A stretch of DNA of 64,000 nt, from assembly GCA_963747235.1 (NCBI GenBank), contig CAVVEU010000002.1, positions 1 through 64,000 of the forward strand, read 5' to 3'. The DNA is from an uncultured Candidatus Rokubacteria bacterium (GTDB taxonomy: Bacteria; Methylomirabilota; Methylomirabilia; Rokubacteriales; CSP1-6). Position 1 is the first letter of the stretch. Each line of letters starts with the position of its first letter. Below the pieces are notes generated by a model. It did not search any database, was not told the DNA's origin, and saw nothing but the letters and a program-made list of their open reading frames with translations. A program made the translations under genes and the position numbers. Below are positions 1 to 9,909 of the stretch, one piece after another.

Positions 1-9
1 GTAGCCGCG

Positions 10-1056
10 ATGGCGACCGACAGTCTCGCCGTCCGGTCCTTGAAGATCCGGTTGCTTCTGCCCCTGACGCTCGTGCTCGCGGTCGTGGTCATCGGCACGC
101 TGGGCTATCGCTGGCTCTGGCGCGACGTGGACGGGACCTGGATGGACGCGCTCTTCATGACCGTGACCACGATCACCACGATCGGGTATGGCGAGATCAA
201 GCCCCTCACCACGGCCGGGCGCCTGTTCACGATCTTTCTGGCGTTCACCGGTATCGGCAGCCTGTTCTACACGCTGGGCGTGGTCATGGAGTATCTGGTC
301 GGCGTCCGCCTGGCCGATCCCATGGGGAGGCGCAGAATGGAGCGTCGCATCGGGGAGCTCACGGGACATGTGATCGTGGCGGGAATGGGTCGCGTGGGCC
401 GACAGGCGGCCCTCGAGCTGCACCAGGCCGAGACCCGCTTCGTGGTCGTGGACCCCAGCGAGCAGGCGATGGCCCTCGCGACCGAGCGCCAATACCTGGC
501 GCTCCAGGGAGACGCCACCGAGGACGCGGTGTTGAAGCGGGCGGGCATCGCCCGGGCGCGTGGCCTGATCGTCACCACGGGCAACGACGCCACCAACGTG
601 TACGTGGTCCTGTCCGCCCGGGTCCTCGCCCCCGAGCTCTACATCGTCGCGCGCGCCGCCGACGAGGCCGGCGCGACCAAGCTCGGCCGCGCCGGCGCCA
701 ACCGGGCGGTGAGCCCGTACGCGATCGGAGGGCATCGGCTCGCCCACCTGATGCTGAGCCCCGCGGTGGTGGACTTCTTCGAGACCGCGCTCAGGCGCGG
801 CGACGACGCGCTCAACATCGAGGACCTCGCCATGGCGGCGGGCAGCCCGAGCCTGGGCCAGACGCTGGATGGCCTCGACATCCGCCGCGCCACCGGCGCC
901 ACCGTGCTCGCCGTCCTGCGCGACGGCATTCCCCTGGTGAGCCCGCCCGGCGAGCTGACCCTGGCCGCCGGCGACCACCTGCTCGCGCTGGGCACGGGCG
1001 ATCAGCTCCGGCGGCTGGAAAAGCTGATCACCGCCGGCGCCGCTCGTGACCGCTGA
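10..1056 (+). CDS. Potassium channel protein (Kch/MthK-like) with RCK/TrkA-N and TrkA-C domains
   Basis: Selectivity filter TTIGYG between two TM helices; Rossmann motif GMGRVG; C-terminal TrkA-C pattern. Confidence 0.92.
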   Translation: MATDSLAVRSLKIRLLLPLTLVLAVVVIGTLGYRWLWRDVDGTWMDALFMTVTTITTIGYGEIKPLTTAGRLFTIFLAFTGIGSLFYTLGVVMEYLVGVRLADPMGRRRMERRIGELTGHVIVAGMGRVGRQAALELHQAETRFVVVDPSEQAMALATERQYLALQGDATEDAVLKRAGIARARGLIVTTGNDATNVYVVLSARVLAPELYIVARAADEAGATKLGRAGANRAVSPYAIGGHRLAHLMLSPAVVDFFETALRRGDDALNIEDLAMAAGSPSLGQTLDGLDIRRATGATVLAVLRDGIPLVSPPGELTLAAGDHLLALGTGDQLRRLEKLITAGAARDR

Positions 1057-1069
1057 GGCGGCGCTGCGG

Positions 1070-1894
1070 TCAACCCTGCATGAAGCCGGCGAGATCCGCG
1101 GAGCTGACCCCGCGGTCCACATAGCCGAAGGTGCCGGCCCCTTTCACCTCACGGGCCGCGTCGATCAGGCCGCTCATGGCGGTGCGGTAGAGCGAGCCGG
1201 CGAGGCTGATCCGCTTCACGCCCGCCGCGGCCAGCTCGGCCGCCGTGAACGACTTGCCCTTGATGCCCACCATGAAGTTGACCGGCTTCTTCACCGCGGC
1301 GCAGACCGCGCGCACCGCGGCCAGGTCGGGCAGACCCGGCGCCATGAGCACGTCCGCGCCCGCCTTCTCGAAGGCCTGCAGGCGGCGGATCACGTCGTCC
1401 AGGTTCGGGTTGCCGCGCAGGAAGCTCTCGGTGCGCGCGGTCAGCGTGAAGGGAAAGGGCAACGCGCGGGCCACCGCCACCGCGGCGGCCACCCGCTCGG
1501 TGGCGACGCCCGCGTCGAAGAGCGGCGTGTCCTTGTTGCCGGTGGCGTCCTCGATCGAGCCGCCGACCAGGCCCACCGAGGCGGCGAGCCGGATGGTCTC
1601 GGCCGCCTCGGCCGGCGCGTCCGCGAAGCACTTCTCGAGATCGGCGCTCACCGGGAGATCGGTCGCCTCCACGATGGCGCGGCAATGCGCGAGCGCCTCC
1701 TCGCGCGTCACCTTGCCGTCGCGGCGGCCGAGCGTGCCGGCCTCGGCGCCGCTCGAGGTGGCGAGCGCCTCGAAGCCGAGCGCGGCGAGGATGCGCGCCG
1801 AGCCGGCGTCCCACGGGTTCGGAATCACGAATGCGCCCGGCGCCTCGTGCAGGGCGCGGAAGCGGGCGGCCTTGTCGCTCTGGCTGACGGTCAT
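1070..1894 (-). CDS. Isocitrate lyase/PEP mutase family protein
   Basis: Motifs PNPWDAGSA, ALATSS, PVSADLE, GGSIED, ARTE. Confidence 0.9.
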   Translation of the reverse strand: MTVSQSDKAARFRALHEAPGAFVIPNPWDAGSARILAALGFEALATSSGAEAGTLGRRDGKVTREEALAHCRAIVEATDLPVSADLEKCFADAPAEAAETIRLAASVGLVGGSIEDATGNKDTPLFDAGVATERVAAAVAVARALPFPFTLTARTESFLRGNPNLDDVIRRLQAFEKAGADVLMAPGLPDLAAVRAVCAAVKKPVNFMVGIKGKSFTAAELAAAGVKRISLAGSLYRTAMSGLIDAAREVKGAGTFGYVDRGVSSADLAGFMQG

Positions 1895-2020
1895 GATGGG
1901 CCTCCTTGGACCGCCGGTATTCTAGACCGAAACGGCCGGCGCGCGCGCGACCGGTGTCCGAGATTCTGGACATTGTGCCGGCCGCCCGCGACGCTCTAGG
2001 ATCCGCCCCAGGACCTACAC

Positions 2021-2275
2021 ATGATCAAGACGGGGCGCATCGAGTTCTACGACCGGCCCACCGCGTGGGGCCTGATCATCGGCGACGATCAGGATCTCTA
2101 CGTGGTCCGGGGCCGGGACGGGCGCGCGGCCGCGCTCCGGGTCGGCGAGCGCGTCTCGTTCGAGCCGCAGACCGGCACCGACGGCAAGCGCGCGACGGAA
2201 GTGCGGCTGGTGAGCCGAGGCCTCACGTCCTTCGGGCGCGAGGCGGCGCCGGCCGGGGTCAGGCCCCTCCGATGA
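2021..2275 (+). CDS. Cold-shock domain (OB-fold) protein, divergent
   Basis: G-x-I-x-F-Y..WGLI..D..DLYV..L-x-x-G-x-x-V-x-F..GKRATEVR pattern; AGGA just upstream. Confidence 0.65.
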   Translation: MIKTGRIEFYDRPTAWGLIIGDDQDLYVVRGRDGRAAALRVGERVSFEPQTGTDGKRATEVRLVSRGLTSFGREAAPAGVRPLR

Positions 2276-5200
2276 TCTCCGGAACGACCGCGAACCCGCG
2301 CGCGCGGATGGACTCGTCCACGCGGAACTGGCGCCGCCGGTCGGCCGATCGCCGCTCGCTGGCGGTGGCCTCCGCGCGCTCCCGGCGCTGGCCGTGACGG
2401 CGGTCGAGGATCACGGTGACCGGCTCGCCCGCGTACTCGCGCTTGAGGTAGTCGTAGAGCTGGATGTTGTGGCGCGCCACCACGAACAGGTGCCCGAGAT
2501 GCAGGAGCTCCTCGGCGGCCCGCGAGAGCCAGAAGCGCATGTCCATCTCGCGCAGGAGGCCGAGCGCGGTGGCCAGGTGATCCTCCGCGCGCTCGCGGTC
2601 GCCCGCCAGGCGCAGGACCCGCCCCAGCCCCAGGTGGGTGCGCGCCTGGAGCGGGCGCATCTCGAGCTCCTCGGCCAGGCTCAGCGCCTGGCCATAGTAG
2701 CCTTCCGCCTCACCCACCGCGGGGGGATCGCTCAGCGCGGCGAGCTCGCCCATCAGCCGCAGCGCGCCGGCCTGGTGCCCGCGCTCCTTGTGCCGCAGGG
2801 CCAGCTCGAGCGCGCGCTGGGCCACGGTCCGGGCGCGGTCGAGCTGGCCGGCGGCGGCCAGGCCCTCGCCCAGGTTGGTGGTCCAGAGCGCGAGGTAGGC
2901 GCGCACGCCCAGGTCTTCCGTGAGCGCGACGCCGTCCTCGAGGAGGCGCATGCCTTCCTCGCGCCGGCCGAGCAGGACCAGCGTGAGGCCCAGGAGCGAC
3001 GAGGGAATCGGCCGCCAGACGTCGAGGCTCTTCTCGCGACAGGCGTCGAGGCTCCGCTGCAGCGCGGGCAGCGCGCGCTCGAGCTGGCCGCGGCGCAGCC
3101 AGGCCAGCCCGGCCATGGTGCGCGCGATGGTCTGGGTGTACGCGTGGCCGCTCGCCTCGCCCGCCCGCTGCGCCTTGTCGAGCGAGAGCGCGGCCGCATC
3201 GAACTCGCCGATCTCGGCCAGGGTGAACGCGAGCCAGCCGCTCGAGGTGACATAGGAGACGCCGGCCTGCCCGCCCGGGGTCTCGCCCTGCACCAGCTCG
3301 AGGGCTTCCACGTTCTCGCGCAGGGTCGAGTGCGCGCGACGATAGAGGCCCTGCGCGTGACAGCTATAGCCCAGGTAGCTGCGGGCCAGCGCCTGCAGCC
3401 CGGGGTCGCCGGCCGCGTCGCCGATGCGCAGGCAGCGCTCGCCGTACTCGATGGCCAGGTCCGGCTCGCCCTTCAGGTAGTGGTAGTTGATCAGGTAGGT
3501 GTAGACGCGCGCCAGCCGCTGCTCGTCACCGAGCTTCTCGGCCATCGCCTCCGCTTCCTGCGAGAGCGTCAGCACGCGCTCGAGCTGGCCGAGCTGCAGG
3601 AGCGGCGAGCGGAGATCGAGGCGCAGGTCGATCGCCTGCTCGGTGGCGGGCCGGCCCTCGGGCAGCCGCGTGAGCGCGCTCATCGCCTGCTCGAAGAAGA
3701 TGACCGCCTCGCGATTGGCGGAGCGCGCCGCCGCCTTGGTCCCCGCCTGGCGGAGATAGGCCACCGCCTTCGCCCACACCTCGCCGCGCACCGCGTGGTG
3801 GGCGAGCCGCTCGAAGTGCTCGGGCAGCCGGTCCGCGTAGAGCTGCTCCATCCCCTGCACCACGCGGCCATGCAGGGAGCGGCGCCGATCCTGCAGCAGG
3901 CTCGAGTAGGCCACCTCGTGGGTCAGCGCGTGGCGGAAGGTGTACTCCACGCTCGGGAACAGGCTGATCTCGTACAGGAACTCGCCGGACTGGAGCAGGG
4001 TCAGGTTGCGGCGCACCGTCTCCTCGGAGAGATCGGCGATCTCCTGCAGCAGCGCCATCGACACGTCCTTGCCGATGACCGCGGCGGCCTGGAGCAGCCG
4101 CTTGCTCTCGATCGGGAGCCGATCGATGCGCGCGGCGAGCACCGCCTGCACGGTGGCCGGCACCTGGACCTTCTGCACCTCGCGGGTCAGGTGGTAGTGC
4201 CCGGGCGTGCCCGCGAGCACCTTGGTCTCGGCCAGCGTGCGCACGCTCTCCTCGATGAAGAACGGGTTGCCCTCGGTCCGCTCGATCAGGAGCTGCTTGA
4301 GCGGGCCCAGCCCGGGGTCGTCGCCCATCAGCGCGCGGAGCAGCTCCTCCGAGCTCTGGGGCGGGAGCGGATCGATCCGGAACTGGGTGTAGTAGCTCTT
4401 GCGCGCCCACCCGTGCTGGTACTCGGGCCGGTAGCTCACGAGCACGAGGGCGCGGGCCAGCGGCAGGCTGTCCACGAGGCTGTCGAGGAAGGCCTGGCTC
4501 TCCGAGTCCAGCCAGTGGAGGTTCTCGAACACCAGGAGCACGGGCTGCACCTGGCCTTCCCGGAGAATGAGCCGCTTGACCGCGTCGAGCATGCGCTGGC
4601 GGCGCTGCGGCAGGTCCGGGGTCTGCCACTCCGCGTCGTCCACCGGCACGTCGAGGAGCTGGAGGAACGCGGGCAGGGTCGGCCGCAGGCTCTCGTCGAG
4701 CGTCAGCAGCTTGCCGGTGACTTTCTCGCGCACGCGCCGGACGTCGTCGCGCTCCTCCAGGTGGAAGTAGTTCTGGAGCAGCTCCTTGACCGTCAGGTAC
4801 GAGGTGTTCTTGCCGTAAGACGTCGCCTGCGCCTCCATCATGAGCCAGCCGTGCGCGCGATGGGAGTGGGTGAACTCCCAGAACAGGCGCGACTTGCCGA
4901 CGCCGGGCTCGCCCGACACCGCCACCACCTGGCCGTGGCCCGCCGCGGCGCGCGCCATCGCCTGGTGGAGCGCGTCCACCTCGGCTTCGCGGCCCACGAA
5001 GGGCGTGAGGCCGCGCGCGGCGCTGGCCTCGAGACGCGAGTGCACCTGCTCGGAGCGGACCAGCTCGAAGATCTCGACCGGCTCCGGCATGCCCTTCACC
5101 GGCACCGGCCCGAGCGCCTTGATCTCCACGTAGCCCTCGGCCAGCCGCAGGGTCTCGCGCGAGATCAGGGTGGAGCCCGGGCCGCGCGAGCTGCTCCATG

Positions 5201-5850
5201 CGCGCGGCCAGGTGCGTGGTCTGGCCGATGGCCGAGTAGTCCATGTGCAGGTCGCTGTCGATGGCGCGCACCACGACCTCGCCCGAGTTCAGCCCGATGC
5301 GGATCTGCACGTCCACGCCGCGGCCGCGGCGCAGCTCCTCCGCGTACCAGCCGACCGTCTGCTGCATGCGGAGCGCGGCGTGGCAGGCGCGCACCGCGTG
5401 GTCCTCGTGGGCGAGCGGCGCGCCGAAGAGCGCCATGATCCCGTCGCCCATCACCTGGTTCACCGTGCCCTCGTAGCGGTGCACCGCCTCCATCATCCGC
5501 TCGAGCACGGGATCCAGCAGGCGCCGGGCCTCCTCCGGATCCTGGTCGGCCAGGAGCTCCATCGAGCCCTTGAGGTCGGCGAAGAGCACCGTGACCTGCT
5601 TGCGCTCGCCTTCGAGCGCGTGCCGCGCGGTGAGGATCTTCTCGGCGAGGTGCTTCGGGGTATAGCCCTGGGGGGAGGGCTGGCGCTCCACCGGCTCGGG
5701 GGTCGTCGGGGAGCCGCAGGAGCCGCAGAAGCGCTTGTCCGGCAGCAGCTCCGCGTTGCAGCTCGGACAGCTCGTCACCAGGCGCGCGCCGCACTCCTCA
5801 CAGAACCGAACACCCTCACGGTTCTGGGACTGGCAGCGGGGACACTTCAC
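2259..5850 (-). CDS. Double zinc ribbon + class III adenylate/guanylate cyclase + STAND ATPase + TPR protein (frameshift near 5170)
   Basis: Four CxxC pairs at the N-terminus; ERKQVTVLFADLKGS and GDGIMALFGAP; Walker A GEPGVGKS; TPR-like repeats; two track ORFs join across one indel. Confidence 0.9.
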
Positions 5851-5966
5851 CTAGCCCTCCTCGGGCGGCGACGCCAAGACGATGATCGAGAGTAGCCCGT
5901 CCCTCCATGGGGGTCAAGGGCCCGGCCCGCCGGCGGATTGTGCTTACTCGGTGCGCGCGAGCGGGG

Positions 5967-7292
5967 TCAGCGGGGCTCCTCGAGGCCCAGGCGGTAGCGC
6001 CGGATGTCGGCGCGGACGTCCCGGACGGTGTCGCCCTCGATCTCGATCCGCACCTCGTGCCGCTCGACGTCCCAGTGCTGCACCGTGGACAGCCAGCCGA
6101 AGATCCGGCGGGACTCCGGCAGGAGCCGGCGCCCGCGGTAGATGAGGGTCGTGTGCCCGGAGGCCGGGAACTGCTCCTGGCGCTCCACCGGGGCGCCGCA
6201 GAGCCGGAGGACCTCGTCGAGCGTGGTCTTGCCCGGCACGATGCGCTCGAGCACCTCGCGGGCCAGGATCACGCCCGCGCGCGGGTCGCGCCCGTCCCGC
6301 CACGCGCCGAGCTGCACGCGCGCGGCCACCGCGTCGATCAGGCGCAGGAGGCCGCGCCCGAGCAGCGGGCCCATCGCCTGGCCCAGGGCGAAGATGAGGA
6401 GCGGGGCGGCCACGAGCAGCACGGTCTGGGTGCGCGAGAAGTAGCCGAACTGCACGGCGAGCTGCTGCGGGGTGATGCCGTCCCCGCGGTCGAGGAAGAG
6501 CGAGACGACCTGGGTGGAGTCGAGCGTCTCGCTCAACCGTCGAATGGACGTGGGCGGATACACCTCGTCGATCTTGAGCCGATCGGACTGGGGGAACTGC
6601 ACCACCAGCTCGGCCGGCGCGTCGGCCAGGTGCACGACTCGATCGCGATGGGCGAGGTACATCGGAAACAGCGGCCGGTCGCGCACCTCGTTGAAGCCGA
6701 TGGCCACGCGCGACGGGCCGCCGCGGATGATCGTCTCCACCCAGCCGAGCTTCTGGGGCTTCACCAGCCCGGCCACGTGGAGAGTCAGCTCCATGAGCCA
6801 GCTCCGGTCGGCGAGCCGCGGCGTCCACGGGATGCGAATGAAGGTGGCGGGCGGGCTCAGCCCCAGCGCGCCGGTCTGCACGAAGGTCACGAACGGCGCC
6901 CCGGCGGCCTGGACCTCGGTCGCGCCGTCGGCCAGCCCTCGCGCCAGCAGTCCCACGTGGCCTTCGGCGGTCACGTCGAAGCCGCGGTCCGTGACGTAGC
7001 GGGCCAGCGCCGCGTCGGGCTTCCGGGTGGGCGCGTCGTTCCGGATCTCTCCCGGCCAGAGCAGGAAGATGTCCTGCGCCACGTCGGCGGCCTGGCGATC
7101 GGGCGGGAGCAGGAGGCTCCACGTCACCACCACCGGCACCGGTCCGACGTCCTCGCGCACGGTGGCATTGACCATCAGCGGCCCGACCGTGAAGGGCGGC
7201 TCCGGACGGGACGCGAGGAAGAGCTGCGCCTGGGCGGGAACGGGAGCCAGGAGGCCGAGCGCGACTGCGAGAGACCAGGCAAGCCGGCGCAT
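5967..7292 (-). CDS. Hypothetical membrane protein: signal peptide, large extracytoplasmic domain, TM helix, C-terminal SmpA/OmlA-like segment
   Basis: MRRLAWSLAVALGLLAPVPAQA signal; hydrophobic LLVAAPLLIFALG; IVPGKTTLDEVLRLCGAP motif. Confidence 0.7.
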   Translation of the reverse strand: MRRLAWSLAVALGLLAPVPAQAQLFLASRPEPPFTVGPLMVNATVREDVGPVPVVVTWSLLLPPDRQAADVAQDIFLLWPGEIRNDAPTRKPDAALARYVTDRGFDVTAEGHVGLLARGLADGATEVQAAGAPFVTFVQTGALGLSPPATFIRIPWTPRLADRSWLMELTLHVAGLVKPQKLGWVETIIRGGPSRVAIGFNEVRDRPLFPMYLAHRDRVVHLADAPAELVVQFPQSDRLKIDEVYPPTSIRRLSETLDSTQVVSLFLDRGDGITPQQLAVQFGYFSRTQTVLLVAAPLLIFALGQAMGPLLGRGLLRLIDAVAARVQLGAWRDGRDPRAGVILAREVLERIVPGKTTLDEVLRLCGAPVERQEQFPASGHTTLIYRGRRLLPESRRIFGWLSTVQHWDVERHEVRIEIEGDTVRDVRADIRRYRLGLEEPR

Positions 7293-7344
7293 GGTCGAGG
7301 CCCGATCATACCCGTTCCCGCCCGCGCCATGCCAGACCCGTGTT

Positions 7345-7646
7345 GAGCTGATGCTACTTCTGGCTCGGCCTGCTGATCGCTCGTCGGCCGCATCGGCGCC
7401 GCGAACGTCTACCTGGGCTCCTCCCACGATCTGCTCAAGGCATGGTCTGGTATCGCGGCTATCTCACGGTCGGCTTCATCCGGCGCGAGATGTTCGATCC
7501 GACCACGCTGCCGCTCTACGGCGCCATCCGTTCTTCCGCTACCCGCTGGAGGAGCCTGCGAGCTCCTGTCCGAGCTCCTGCTGGTGAGCGGCCTGCTGCT
7601 CAAGTACTGCCGCGACTGGCGCCGGGCGGGCCGCCCCTCGGTGTGA
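7345..7646 (+). pseudogene. Fragmented remnant of a membrane-protein 3' end
   Basis: Codon-like runs in shifting frames (YFWLGLLI / NVYLGSSHDLLK / VWYRGYLTVGFIRREMFDP / FFRYPLEE / ELLSELLLVSGLLLKY...) with no continuous ORF. Confidence 0.4.
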
Positions 7647-7677
7647 TGGGCCCGGGGGCTGTGATAGGCTCCCGCCC

Positions 7678-9039
7678 ATGAACGCCACCGCGCTGCTGGC
7701 CGAGTTCGTCACCAAGAGCCGCTACGAGGACTGCCCCGAGGCGGCCCTCGGCGCCGCCCGACGCGCCATCCTCGATTGCCTGGGCGTGATGCTGGCCGGC
7801 TCCATCGAGCCGGCGGCGCGGATCCTCCAGCAGGTGGCCCGGACGGAGGGCGGCGCCCCCCTGGCGACGGTGGTGGGCACGGGCCGCCGCACCGGCGCGG
7901 TGTGGGCCGCGCTCTGCAACGGCACCGCGGCCCACGCGCTCGACTTCGACGACACCAACTTCGCCCTGATGGGCCATCCCTCGGCGCCGGTGCTGGCGGC
8001 GGCGCTGGCCGCGGGCGAGCTGGCGCTGGCCGACGGCCGCGCGGTGCTGCACGCCTTCCTGCTGGGCTTCGAGGTCGAGACCACGCTGGCCGAGGTCATC
8101 AACCCGGCCCACTACGCCCACGGCTGGCACGCCACCTGTACGCTCGGCACGCTGGGCGCGGCGGCGGCGGCGGCGCGGCTGCTGGGCCTCGACGGCGTGC
8201 AGACCCGTCACGCGCTCGCGGTGGCCGCCTCGCAGTCCTCCGGGCTGAAGGAAAACTTCGGCACCATGACCAAGCCCTTCCACGCCGGACACGCCGCGCG
8301 GAGCGGGGTGCTGTCGGCGCTGATGGCGCGCGAGGGCTGGACCGCCTCCGAGCACGCGCTGGAAGGCCCGCAGGGCTTCTTCAGCGTGCTGGGCGCGGGC
8401 AAGCGCGATCTCGCGCCGCTCGGAACCCTCGCCGCGCCGTGGAAGATCCTGACCACCGGGGTCGCGGTGAAGCCCTACCCGTCCTGCGCGTGCACGCACT
8501 CGATCATCGACAGCGCGCTCGAGCTGAGGCGGGTCGAGGGCATCCGGGCCGACGAGGTCCTGGAGGTGACGGTCGGCGTGGCCGCGGGCGTGCCGCGCAT
8601 CCTGATCCACTCGCGCCCGCGCACCGGCCTCGAGGCGAAGTTCTCCGCCGAGTTCTCGGCGGCGGCCGCGCTGATGGACGGCCGCGTCGGCATGGCCACC
8701 TTCCAGGACGACCGCGCGCAGGATCCGGACCTGCGACGCCTGATGGAGCGGATCCGGGTGGTGGTGGATCCGGAGATCCCCACCGATCTCGAGCGCCACA
8801 TGTGGACCCGCATGACCGTGCGGATGAAGGACGGCCGATCGGCCAGCATCAGCCCGCGGCCGGTGCCCGGCCATCCCGCGAATCCGCTCACGCTCGAGGC
8901 GCTGCGAGAGAAGTTCAAGGAGTGCGCCGCCCTGGTGCTCCCCGCCGATCGCGTGGACACGGTGGCCCAGATCGTCGAGTCGCTCGACACCTGTCCCGAT
9001 CTCCGGAGCCTGACCGCGATCCTCGATCCCGGCCGCTGA
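7678..9039 (+). CDS. MmgE/PrpD family protein
   Basis: NGTAAHALDFDD, GHPS, GWHAT, TKPFHAG, KPYPSC, AKFS motifs. Confidence 0.92.
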   Translation: MNATALLAEFVTKSRYEDCPEAALGAARRAILDCLGVMLAGSIEPAARILQQVARTEGGAPLATVVGTGRRTGAVWAALCNGTAAHALDFDDTNFALMGHPSAPVLAAALAAGELALADGRAVLHAFLLGFEVETTLAEVINPAHYAHGWHATCTLGTLGAAAAAARLLGLDGVQTRHALAVAASQSSGLKENFGTMTKPFHAGHAARSGVLSALMAREGWTASEHALEGPQGFFSVLGAGKRDLAPLGTLAAPWKILTTGVAVKPYPSCACTHSIIDSALELRRVEGIRADEVLEVTVGVAAGVPRILIHSRPRTGLEAKFSAEFSAAAALMDGRVGMATFQDDRAQDPDLRRLMERIRVVVDPEIPTDLERHMWTRMTVRMKDGRSASISPRPVPGHPANPLTLEALREKFKECAALVLPADRVDTVAQIVESLDTCPDLRSLTAILDPGR

Positions 9040-9054
9040 CCGCGGCCGCGCGCC

Positions 9055-9840
9055 TCAGCGCGCGAGGTCGGGCCGCGACGGCGGCAGCCACCGCAGCGAC
9101 GCGGCGAAGAGCCCCGCGCCGACCACGAGCAGCACCGCGTTCACGCCGCGCCCCTGCGGCGAGCCGAGCGCCGCCGAGAGCACCACCGAGGCCGTATTGT
9201 TGGCCACGTGGCAGATCACCGCGGGGATCACGCTGGCCGACCGCTCCGTGACCAGCCCGAGATAGATCCCGATGCCGGTCGCCAGCACGCCGTGCACCCA
9301 CTCGCCGTGGATCACCCCGAAGGCGATCGCGGTCACCAGGATGGCGGGCCCCGCGCTCCACACGCGCCGCAGCCGCGTCAGCATGAAGCCGCGGAAGAAC
9401 AGCTCCTCTCCGACCGGCGCGAGGCCGCCGATCACGAGGATCGCCAGCAGGAGGCCGACCGGACTGGCCGCGGCGAGGGTCCGCGCGATCCAGTCGAGGT
9501 TGGCGCCGGGGCCCACGCCGGCCAGGATCGCGATCGACTCGAGCGCCTGGCTCAGCGCGAGGATCCCCACGATCATCGCGACGATGGTCGCGGCGGACAC
9601 CCGGCTCGGGAGCAGGCGCAGGCGCTCGCGCCGCGGACGGCCGGCCGCGAGCCACGCGATGCCGATGAGGGCCAGGGACGACGCGGGCACGCTGACCAGG
9701 AGGGCCGTGAGCCCATCACGCTCGGGGTCGAACGTCCCGGCACGGCGGGCCATGAGCGCCATCACCGCCGCGAGCTGCGTGCCGAAGACCGCGGCGACGG
9801 CAGCGAGATAGACGAGAAGGGTGGTGGCGATCACCTGCAT
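9055..9840 (-). CDS. CPBP (Abi/CAAX) intramembrane metalloprotease
   Basis: EELFFRG, FGVIH and HVANN motifs; multiple TM segments. Confidence 0.88.
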   Translation of the reverse strand: MQVIATTLLVYLAAVAAVFGTQLAAVMALMARRAGTFDPERDGLTALLVSVPASSLALIGIAWLAAGRPRRERLRLLPSRVSAATIVAMIVGILALSQALESIAILAGVGPGANLDWIARTLAAASPVGLLLAILVIGGLAPVGEELFFRGFMLTRLRRVWSAGPAILVTAIAFGVIHGEWVHGVLATGIGIYLGLVTERSASVIPAVICHVANNTASVVLSAALGSPQGRGVNAVLLVVGAGLFAASLRWLPPSRPDLAR

Positions 9841-9867
9841 GGCGACCCCTCGACCCTCACCTCCGGA

Positions 9868-9902
9868 CCCCTCACCCTGCCCTCTCCCCTCAGGGGAGAG
9901 GG
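9868..9902. repeat. REP-like palindromic element CCCCTCACCCTGCCCTCTCCCCTCAGGGGAGAGGG, copy 1
   Basis: Identical 35-mer at 39510-39544; internal CCCTCTCCCC/GGGGAGAGGG hairpin; intergenic. Confidence 0.85.
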
Positions 9903-9909
9903 AGACCAG

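Noticed and set aside
5160-5185. Programmed frameshifting in the cyclase and other split genes
   Set aside because: No slippery heptamers or consistent signals; the breaks are scattered across unrelated genes
2394-5438. Long antisense or alternative-frame ORFs (for example 2394-5438, 9208-11103, 51262-53220)
   Set aside because: Shadow ORFs expected at high GC; low-complexity Arg/Ala/Gly/Pro translations overlapping genes with clear motifs
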